This document shows positions 9,460 to 16,197 of a DNA stretch of 20,000 bases, one piece after another. How positions within the stretch are numbered: the stretch's first letter is position 1; each line of letters opens with the position of its first letter. The notes beneath the pieces are model-generated. The model was given only the letters and a program-made list of their open reading frames with translations. It made no database searches and was not told where the DNA came from. The translations under genes were made by a program, and so were the position numbers. Source of the DNA: an uncultured virus (IMG/VR IMGVR_UViG_2061766007_000786) (Duplodnaviria > Heunggongvirae > Uroviricota > Caudoviricetes); the IMG/VR virus record IMGVR_UViG_2061766007_000786, one strand, 5' to 3'.

Positions 9460-10212
9460 ATGCTTAAAAGAACCAGACAGACATTTATCGTATCTGATTT
9501 GCATTTTGAACATGCTAATATCATCAGATATTGTAACAGGCCGTACCATACGGAACCGCCTAACAAGAACCCGATTAACAAGCCGGCAATAGCAGCGATG
9601 AATGCGGATATCCTTAACATGTTCGATACTCTGCCAGATGATTGCGATATTTGGAATCTCGGCGATGTGTTCTATCTCGGTTCACATAAGCCTGCTGATA
9701 AACTTGATCCGGCCGATATCGAACATATGAAGGAAATTGTCGCCAGGATGAAGAAAGGAAATAGAAAACTTTTCCTTATCCTCGGCAATCATGACGATAT
9801 TCATTACAAGAACGGCACGAAAATCGATTTCTACCGTATGCTTGGTTTCGACCGAGTATACGATACGCCGATTATTGTTGACGACAAATACATTCTTTCA
9901 CATGAACCGCTTTATATCGCACCGGGTTCCAATTTTATCAATCTTTACGGGCATACTCACGATATGCCTATCAAGGAAGATTATTTTACGTTCGACTATG
10001 AAAATTATGCCATGGAATGCAGGGTTTACGACCAACACGGTCAAGAACGACCGCCTATCGTCGCCCGATATCCGGATCGTATGGTCGACTTGAAAAATTA
10101 TAAAAATATGTGCCTCGACTATAATAATGGCGTTCTCGAATGGACAGGCGATTATTTTAAGACTGGCGCAATTTGTTGGAGAAAATCAGAAAATGAAAAC
10201 AACAAGACTTAA
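9460..10212 (+). CDS. Calcineurin-like metallophosphoesterase
   Basis: All five motifs present: SDLHFEH, LGD, GNHD, SHEP, GHTH. Confidence 0.92.
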   Translation: MLKRTRQTFIVSDLHFEHANIIRYCNRPYHTEPPNKNPINKPAIAAMNADILNMFDTLPDDCDIWNLGDVFYLGSHKPADKLDPADIEHMKEIVARMKKGNRKLFLILGNHDDIHYKNGTKIDFYRMLGFDRVYDTPIIVDDKYILSHEPLYIAPGSNFINLYGHTHDMPIKEDYFTFDYENYAMECRVYDQHGQERPPIVARYPDRMVDLKNYKNMCLDYNNGVLEWTGDYFKTGAICWRKSENENNKT

Positions 10213-10645
10213 TACATTCGAAACGAATTCTTCATCATGTCATGTGCTCACAGTCGCCGGTCAAGATGAATATGATTTGGTCAAAAATGGCCAGGCCGTT
10301 ATTTTTGTGCCGCATTATTCTAGCGACAGCGATCAAGTATACGGTTCTGAAATCCTTACGAAGGATAAATATCTTAGCCTTGTCGAAAAGTCGCTTGGTG
10401 ACAAATACGAAACATATCTTCCGTGCATTGAATCGCTTTGGGAAAATGTCATCCTTGGCAATAAGTGTTACGAGGATGTTTTGGACGATTTCAATATCGG
10501 CTATAGTGAAATGCCATATGGTATTGAAGATATCGTACATTATTGCAAGCATGAAGAATCTGCAATCAGCATTCTCGACGGCGCAATTAAGAAAGAAGCA
10601 AATGGCGCTGCAGTCTATGTAGCATGCTGGGAAAAACTCTGCTAG
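10193..10645 (+). CDS. Uncharacterised 'FETNSSS' family protein (paralog 2)
   Basis: ATG 10193 gives MKTTRLNTFETNSSSCHVLTV, which aligns with paralog 1. GGAG upstream. Confidence 0.8.
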   Translation: MKTTRLNTFETNSSSCHVLTVAGQDEYDLVKNGQAVIFVPHYSSDSDQVYGSEILTKDKYLSLVEKSLGDKYETYLPCIESLWENVILGNKCYEDVLDDFNIGYSEMPYGIEDIVHYCKHEESAISILDGAIKKEANGAAVYVACWEKLC

Positions 10646-10740
10646 GTGAACTAACTCCGGCTTAAAAGCCGGAATCTTTCTGCTCAAGAGAACTAATGTT
10701 CTCAGTATCAACAGGCTCTACGGGCAGTTCCTGCCCTGAT
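10626..10740 (-). ncRNA. Predicted TnpB omegaRNA/reRNA (3' part of scaffold plus flanking guide); 5' boundary unknown
   Basis: Stacked hairpins GGGCAG/CTGCCC (10722-10736), GAGAAC/GTTCTC (10688-10703) and TCCGGCTT/AAGCCGGA (10656-10673) overlap the tnpB 3' end. Guide position inferred from known TnpB architecture. Confidence 0.65.
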
Positions 10741-11861
10741 TTAAATATTTTTAAACCTTCATCTAATATGTTTAAAGCTGCATTTTTATCTCTATCAAGC
10801 AATGTATGACAGTTTGGACATTCCCATTCTCTATCAGCTAAGGTTAAAGTAGTATTTTTATATCCACAACAATTACATAGTTTACTTGAAGGATAGAATG
10901 AACCTATTTTGATATAAGTTCTACCATACCATTTAGCCTTATAATCAATCATATTACAAAAACTACTAAATGAAGCATCTTGAATAGATTTAGCTAATTT
11001 ATGGTTCTTAATCATATTAGATGGTTTTAAGTCTTCAGAAACAATAACTTGATTTTCGTTTATTATTTGAGAAGATACTTTGTGTTGAAAATCTTTCCTT
11101 TGGTTTTTAATCTTTTCATGTACTAAAGCTACTTTAAGTTTCTGTTTTATATAATTATTTGAACCTTTAGTACAATTACTTAATTTTCTTTGTTCTTTTG
11201 CTAATTTATCTTGTGATTTTCTAAAATATTTAGGGTTATCAATAACAATACCATCAGAGTCAATAAGAAAATCTTTTAATCCTAAATCAAAACCAATGCT
11301 ATAATCATTTTGTTTAAGTTTTTTAGGTTCTTGACATTCACAACAGATAGAACAATAATATTTGTTAGTTTTAGATTTCTTAATAGTTATATTACAAACT
11401 TTAGTAATATTATACTTAGAAAAATCATATCCTGCCCTATAAGTTATTTTACCAATTTTAGGAATACTTATTTTTCTTGTATCTTGATTGCATAATAGTT
11501 CTATTTTGTCTTTCATCATACAATCACGATAAGATTGTTTATCATGTTTCTTTTTGAATTTAGGAGCATTAGATTTTTGTTTAGTTTTATGTGATAAAGA
11601 ATTAAACCAGTTCTTATAAGCACTATTTAAATCATTTAAAGTTTGACATATAGCTTGTGAACCTATTTCTTTTAACCAAGGATTTTCGGATTTTATATGT
11701 TTAACAATTTCATCAGTAGTAATTTTTATTTGTTCTGAATAAGCTTTTTGTTTTTGAAATAGAGTACAGTTATACATAAATCTACAAGCGCCAAAAGTTT
11801 GGTTTAACTTTTGTTCTTGTAGTTTAGTAGGATATAACCTTATTTCAAATGATCTATTCAT
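10662..11861 (-). CDS. tnpB: RNA-guided endonuclease TnpB (IS605 OrfB family)
   Basis: HTH_OrfB N-terminus (RLYPT...FGACRFMYN), RuvC-I GFDLGLK, RuvC-II SEDL, zinc finger CNCC...CPNC, RuvC-III DRDKNAA. Confidence 0.95.
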   Translation of the reverse strand: MNRSFEIRLYPTKLQEQKLNQTFGACRFMYNCTLFQKQKAYSEQIKITTDEIVKHIKSENPWLKEIGSQAICQTLNDLNSAYKNWFNSLSHKTKQKSNAPKFKKKHDKQSYRDCMMKDKIELLCNQDTRKISIPKIGKITYRAGYDFSKYNITKVCNITIKKSKTNKYYCSICCECQEPKKLKQNDYSIGFDLGLKDFLIDSDGIVIDNPKYFRKSQDKLAKEQRKLSNCTKGSNNYIKQKLKVALVHEKIKNQRKDFQHKVSSQIINENQVIVSEDLKPSNMIKNHKLAKSIQDASFSSFCNMIDYKAKWYGRTYIKIGSFYPSSKLCNCCGYKNTTLTLADREWECPNCHTLLDRDKNAALNILDEGLKIFKSGQELPVEPVDTENISSLEQKDSGF

Positions 11862-11962
11862 AAAAGAAAAATCCTATTAAGTGGGTCGAGCACTAATAGG
11901 ATATAGCTATTTCTAGCATTTAAAATTTAACCTATTATTAGAATCTCGACCTTTCTAATAAT
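11862..11962 (-). promoter_or_regulatory. Structured 5' leader of tnpB (two hairpins with complementary loops)
   Basis: Hairpins at 11934-11962 and 11871-11902 with loops GGTCGAG/CTCGACC, a GCTA-GAAA-TAGC mini-hairpin between them, and a U-tract abutting the ATG. Confidence 0.65.
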
Positions 11963-12008
11963 CTATATATTATATATAATATTTATTTTTAAAATTTTGT
12001 AAAATAGG

Positions 12009-12037
12009 TTTACAAAATAAAAATATTTTATTATATT
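12009..12037 (+). promoter_or_regulatory. Outward-facing sigma70-like promoter inside the IS left end
   Basis: TTTACA 12009-12014, 17 nt, TATATT 12032-12037. The -35 is one arm of ATTTTGTAAA/TTTACAAAAT. Confidence 0.65.
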
Positions 12038-12118
12038 TTATATAAAAAGGAGTTAAAGCGAACATTCATAAGCCAGCCTAAAGGCATGGCATCTTTCTGT
12101 TCGCTAATACTGTAAATA

Positions 12119-12559
12119 ATGAGCGGTTTCGTTCCACATTTTATAGCCGGAGTGGCCGCAGGTACTGTATCTACTGGAATTCTGGGTATTCATCAATACC
12201 CGGAATTTTCTTTATTGACTGCACTGCCGTTTGTTACAGGTATCGGCGGTGCGCTGACGCCCGACATGGATATCAAGTCCACTTCCAGTGCAGTCATGTA
12301 TCTTTTCTATCTAGGCGTCGCATGCTATCTGTTCTTTAACGGATGGCCAGTATACGGTTTCCTGCTGCTCATTTACTCGTTGCTACCGCAATTTTTTAAG
12401 CACCGGGGATTCATACATTCCCTTGTTTTCGGTGTAATATCGGCATGCGGTTTGTTCGTCCTATGCTATTATAATTCGCTTGCAACATGCATTTCTGTCG
12501 CGACATCTTTAAGCTACCTGTTCGGGTTCATTACCCATGTTTTACTCGATGAAGATTAG
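12119..12559 (+). CDS. Membrane-bound metal-dependent hydrolase (YdjM/YbcI-like)
   Basis: N-terminal His, PDMD, HRGFIHS and HVLLD motifs; several TM helices. Confidence 0.88.
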   Translation: MSGFVPHFIAGVAAGTVSTGILGIHQYPEFSLLTALPFVTGIGGALTPDMDIKSTSSAVMYLFYLGVACYLFFNGWPVYGFLLLIYSLLPQFFKHRGFIHSLVFGVISACGLFVLCYYNSLATCISVATSLSYLFGFITHVLLDED

Positions 12560-12562
12560 GTA

Positions 12563-12591
12563 TTTACAGTTTCGTCGAATTTTATTATATT
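12563..12591 (+). promoter_or_regulatory. Sigma70-like early promoter
   Basis: TTTACA 12563-12568, 17 nt, TATATT 12586-12591. Confidence 0.75.
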
Positions 12592-12603
12592 ATATAATGA
12601 AAT

Positions 12604-13320
12604 ATGTATACGTTTACACAAATGACTGATTCTGAACTTAGAGATTACGAACAGGCGCTTGATGATACGTTGAAGCTGAAGCCTCGACGTTATTTGGATC
12701 CTAGGTATTCGGACCGTAATTATTATCATCATAGTTGGTGGACAAATTGGACACCGAAAAAAGCTGAATTGAAGAAATCTAAACTAGACACGATTTATAA
12801 TTTTTTTATAAACTATGACAACAATACAGACGATATAAGAATAGACTGGCTTGGCGGTGTCGAATCAATCAGACATGTTAATATTTCGCCTGGCTATGTA
12901 TATTTTAATAATTATGAAGCCATTACCGGAAGACACCATCATAACGTATTTCTTCTTAGGCCATTCCTTGTCAACAACGTTTTCGTAAAAAGAGATCAGA
13001 TTGTTCAAGATCGAGATACAATTTATTCGGGTAAGTTCATTGACGTCCCGCAAAAACTTGAAGATATCTTTAGGGCGACCAATCTACAGGCATTGCAAAA
13101 AGATTTATTCTTGAAACTTGTCACATTCTATAACTGGTGTAAGTCTACTGATAGATACGCTATTATTACGACCAAACATTTATGTGAACATTCGTCAATA
13201 CTCAAGCAAAATATATCGTTTGAAGAACTTTATAAGGATGCGCTCTCGTGTTATTGTATTGCACATCCGAGTTGTATGCTTACAGCCAAATCGAAAAATA
13301 AACCGTATCGTTATCGATAA
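12604..13320 (+). CDS. Hypothetical protein
   Basis: 238-aa ORF directly after a promoter; no recognisable motif. Confidence 0.7.
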   Translation: MYTFTQMTDSELRDYEQALDDTLKLKPRRYLDPRYSDRNYYHHSWWTNWTPKKAELKKSKLDTIYNFFINYDNNTDDIRIDWLGGVESIRHVNISPGYVYFNNYEAITGRHHHNVFLLRPFLVNNVFVKRDQIVQDRDTIYSGKFIDVPQKLEDIFRATNLQALQKDLFLKLVTFYNWCKSTDRYAIITTKHLCEHSSILKQNISFEELYKDALSCYCIAHPSCMLTAKSKNKPYRYR

Positions 13321-13332
13321 TAGGATATCAAA

Positions 13333-13689
13333 ATGACAGTTGAAACAACAATAGGAATTATTATAGCAGCAGGCATATTAATTACATGCGCCATATGGGT
13401 TTTTACCGACTATATGCCTGATACCGCAGACTATGTTATATCATCATTTGTCGGCTTGTTCGGTATTATCTTAATCGTTTATGGCCTTTCTAGCAGAGCA
13501 ATGTTGGAAGACACAGAAAAAGAATTACACCGTACCAGTCAGAAAATCGAAAAAATCAAAAAAGAATGTTACAATCTCAGCTATACGGAACAGCAATGCG
13601 ATGACGTGTTTCTTGAACCGCTGAAATTTAAACGTGAAATGCTGGCAAAACGTATGAAAGAACTTATCATTCAAAAATACGAACATTAA
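13333..13689 (+). CDS. Two-TM membrane protein, tandem paralog 1
   Basis: Two TM helices, coiled coil, CYNLSYTEQQC, ELIIQKY. Confidence 0.8.
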   Translation: MTVETTIGIIIAAGILITCAIWVFTDYMPDTADYVISSFVGLFGIILIVYGLSSRAMLEDTEKELHRTSQKIEKIKKECYNLSYTEQQCDDVFLEPLKFKREMLAKRMKELIIQKYEH

Positions 13690-13698
13690 AGGAAATTT

Positions 13699-14058
13699 AT
13701 GATAACTGGTTTATTCATTTTGGGTTTATGTATCTGGTTTGCTGGATTGTTTACATTTGTATCGTTCTTTTGCGATTCAGATAACGACGAAGGCGAAGTT
13801 ATTATATTAGGGATTTGTTTATTGGTCTTCGGCGGATTAATAATGTATGAAGCTAAAGACCCAGAAGCTAACGCGAATCACATAAGGCATGAGATCGACA
13901 GGGTTAATCACCGAATAAATGAAGCAAAGGTTGACTGTAAAGAACTTAATATTACGGAAGAACAGTGCGACGGCACTTTTCTATATAAGTTGAAGCGTGA
14001 AAAAGCAGATTTGGAAGTTCAACTGAAAGAAACGATTATGGAAAAATATAGGGATTAA
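13699..14058 (+). CDS. Two-TM membrane protein, tandem paralog 2
   Basis: Two TM helices, CKELNITEEQC..TFLYKLK, ETIMEKYRD. Confidence 0.8.
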   Translation: MITGLFILGLCIWFAGLFTFVSFFCDSDNDEGEVIILGICLLVFGGLIMYEAKDPEANANHIRHEIDRVNHRINEAKVDCKELNITEEQCDGTFLYKLKREKADLEVQLKETIMEKYRD

Positions 14059-14426
14059 TATGGTAATTAATGACGACGTAATAGTTTCATTTATATTTTC
14101 CAGCATGGCAATTTTATTTGGCCTGGGTATCTGGTTTGGCGGTAAGATAATCGAATTGGGCATTTTTACAATTACCCTCGGTTTGGTTGTCGGCATTATA
14201 GGCGTTTTAATAGGAACTAATGTCGATGTAAAAATAAAATATTACGAACAGGCACTGGAATGCAATAATAAAGCAATCAACAAGGCAAAAACGTATTGCA
14301 AGCGTTTTAATTATTCCAGCGAGACATGCAACAATACGTTTTTATACAAGTTGAATGAAAAACAAGCATATCTAAATAACAAGCTCACAGAAACAATTAT
14401 AGAAAAATATAGGGATTAATATGGTA
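14041..14426 (+). repeat. Direct repeat at paralog junctions (361-nt period)
   Basis: GAAAAATATAGGGATTAATATGGTA is identical at 14041-14065 and 14402-14426, each followed shortly by ACGACGTAATAGTT. Confidence 0.85.
14060..14419 (+). CDS. Two-TM membrane protein, tandem paralog 3
   Basis: Two TM helices, CKRFNYSSETC..TFLYKLN, ETIIEKYRD. Confidence 0.8.
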   Translation: MVINDDVIVSFIFSSMAILFGLGIWFGGKIIELGIFTITLGLVVGIIGVLIGTNVDVKIKYYEQALECNNKAINKAKTYCKRFNYSSETCNNTFLYKLNEKQAYLNNKLTETIIEKYRD

Positions 14427-14789
14427 TTTACTTACGACGTAATAGTTGCAACTATCGCTTTTATTGTATTATTTCCTATAGGCTTGCTTGTCTGGTTTAA
14501 ACTTGATCATGACTTTGGCGGCGTATTAATAGTTATCGGGTTAGGCATAGGTATTATGGGTGTCGTGACTGGAACTAAAATCGACACAAAAATAAAATAT
14601 TATGAACAAAAATTAAAGCATAACAGTTATTTGATTGGCAAGACACAACGTTATTGCGCACAGTTAAAATATTCCGATGAAACATGTAATAACCACACGG
14701 TGTTATATAAATTGAAAATGAAACAAGAACATCTAAATAGGCTGCTTTCAGAACAAATAATGCTGAAGCTTGAAAAAGAAGAAGAATAA
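14421..14789 (+). CDS. Two-TM membrane protein, tandem paralog 4
   Basis: Two TM helices, CAQLKYSDETC...VLYKLK, EQIMLK. Confidence 0.8.
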   Translation: MVFTYDVIVATIAFIVLFPIGLLVWFKLDHDFGGVLIVIGLGIGIMGVVTGTKIDTKIKYYEQKLKHNSYLIGKTQRYCAQLKYSDETCNNHTVLYKLKMKQEHLNRLLSEQIMLKLEKEEE

Positions 14790-14795
14790 TTTAAG

Positions 14796-14831
14796 ATACG
14801 GGTTTACACTGACTCGTATTTTTTCTATATT
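14796..14831 (+). promoter_or_regulatory. Fused terminator hairpin and early promoter
   Basis: ATACGGGT/ACTCGTAT stem (one G-U) followed by a T-run. TTTACA 14803-14808, 17 nt, TATATT 14826-14831. Confidence 0.8.
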
Positions 14832-14838
14832 ATAATAT

Positions 14839-16116
14839 ATGAGAATTGATTTAAGTTTATATGGTTCTGCAGTTCATTCTGGTATGCAGCTTTGTGAAGA
14901 TATTCATCGTCACGGCTATGAAGCATATCTAGTAGGCGGATGTGTTCGTGATATTGTCATGGAAAATATCGGCGTAATTGCCAAGGCCGACATTCATGAT
15001 GTGGATATCGCTACGAACATGCCTATCGAACAGCTTCAAAAGTTTTATACGACCGCTGATAACAATGGTGAGGCACATGGCACCATTCTCGTCAAGTTCG
15101 GCGATATTTACTTCGAAGTTACACAGTTCAGGACAGACGGCGCTTATTCGGATGGCCGTCATCCAGATTCCGTAAACTTTACGAAGTCCTTTAAAGAAGA
15201 TACTGCTCGTCGTGACTTTACAATCAATGCGATGGGTATTGACTATGACGGCAACGTTATTGACTATAACGGCGGTATTGAAGATATCAAAAACGGCGTA
15301 ATCAGAACAGTCGGCGATCCAGTTGAACGTTTTACAGAAGATGCGCTCAGAATCGTCCGTGCAATCAGATTTGCCGCACGTTTCAAATTTACTATTGACA
15401 ATGATACACGTAACGCATTCAGGACGACAAAGCATCGCCTTGCGAATATTGCTATGGAGCGTATTTCTGATGAACTTAAGAAATGCATTCATTATGGTCC
15501 AGGTGAAATTGCCAACATGTGGTCTGTCATGGTTAGCGAAGATATCTTTACTATCGTCGATCCTAAAGGCTATATTGACGCTACCAAGGCATGTAACCTT
15601 CTTGCCGGTCGAGCAATCAGAACGGATAACCACATGGGAGATTTCTTTTCCGAACTCGGTACATGGACTTGCATTCTTTACAATTCCGATTTAAAAAACG
15701 CATACCAGCACTACAAGCTCGAAAATGACATCTTCAAATGCACGCAGTGGTGCCGCAATCACCTTGAAGCGTTTCATAAGTTTGGCGAAGATATTGTTCT
15801 GGCGGTAGAAATGGTCGATAACAGGTATTTTAATCAACTTAGAGAGCTTGATGATGCCGTAACTGGTCATCTGGTTAACTTTGCTGTCTATAAAACGACC
15901 TGTAAAATCGCATCTTTTGTAAATACTTATAAGCAGAACAGTGTTCTTTCTTCTGCAATTGCGAAGTGCGGCTATCAAGGTAAGGCATTTGGCGAAATAC
16001 TTTCTAAATTAAAGCACTGGCATTATATGCGTCTTCTTGCTAACTGCTACTACGAAGATGATGCTGTCCTTGAACATCGCGCAATCGAATATATCAAGTC
16101 ATTGACGGCAAACTAA
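14839..16116 (+). CDS. cca: CCA tRNA nucleotidyltransferase (class II)
   Basis: GGCVRD, DVDIAT, FRTDGAYSDGRHP flexible loop, EDTARRDFTINAM, EDALRIVRAIRF, ERISDEL. No obvious HD domain. Confidence 0.92.
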   Translation: MRIDLSLYGSAVHSGMQLCEDIHRHGYEAYLVGGCVRDIVMENIGVIAKADIHDVDIATNMPIEQLQKFYTTADNNGEAHGTILVKFGDIYFEVTQFRTDGAYSDGRHPDSVNFTKSFKEDTARRDFTINAMGIDYDGNVIDYNGGIEDIKNGVIRTVGDPVERFTEDALRIVRAIRFAARFKFTIDNDTRNAFRTTKHRLANIAMERISDELKKCIHYGPGEIANMWSVMVSEDIFTIVDPKGYIDATKACNLLAGRAIRTDNHMGDFFSELGTWTCILYNSDLKNAYQHYKLENDIFKCTQWCRNHLEAFHKFGEDIVLAVEMVDNRYFNQLRELDDAVTGHLVNFAVYKTTCKIASFVNTYKQNSVLSSAIAKCGYQGKAFGEILSKLKHWHYMRLLANCYYEDDAVLEHRAIEYIKSLTAN

Positions 16117-16121
16117 AAATT

Positions 16122-16139
16122 ATGACTTATATAAGTCAT
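16122..16139. repeat. Perfect 18-bp palindrome (candidate operator)
   Basis: ATGACTTATATAAGTCAT, 8 nt upstream of the -35 at 16148. Confidence 0.7.
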
Positions 16140-16141
16140 TG

Positions 16142-16176
16142 AAAGGGTTGACAATCGTCAACCTTTTTGTTATATT
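16142..16176 (+). promoter_or_regulatory. Fused terminator hairpin and early promoter
   Basis: AAAGGGTTGAC-aatc-GTCAACCTTTTT. TTGACA 16148-16153, 17 nt, TATATT 16171-16176. Near-identical to the 5337 element. Confidence 0.85.
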
Positions 16177-16197
16177 TAATAAAAAAGGAAATACACA

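Larger units (their letters stand above)
10646..12111 (-). mobile_element. Non-autonomous IS200/IS605-family element (tnpB only, IS1341-like)
   Basis: Right end ...TCCGGCTTttAAGCCGGA gttag TTCAC (ends 10646 on -). Left end follows TTTAC, with AAAG at +16..+19 before the GCCATGCCT/AGGCTGGC hairpin. Both ends have CAGAAAGAT before the hairpin. AT-rich relative to flanks; no target duplication. Confidence 0.85.

Noticed and set aside
10646..12111. TnpB as a Cas12f/CRISPR system or a nuclease-dead TldR
   Set aside because: No repeat-spacer array is present, IS-type ends are visible, and the RuvC catalytic residues are intact.
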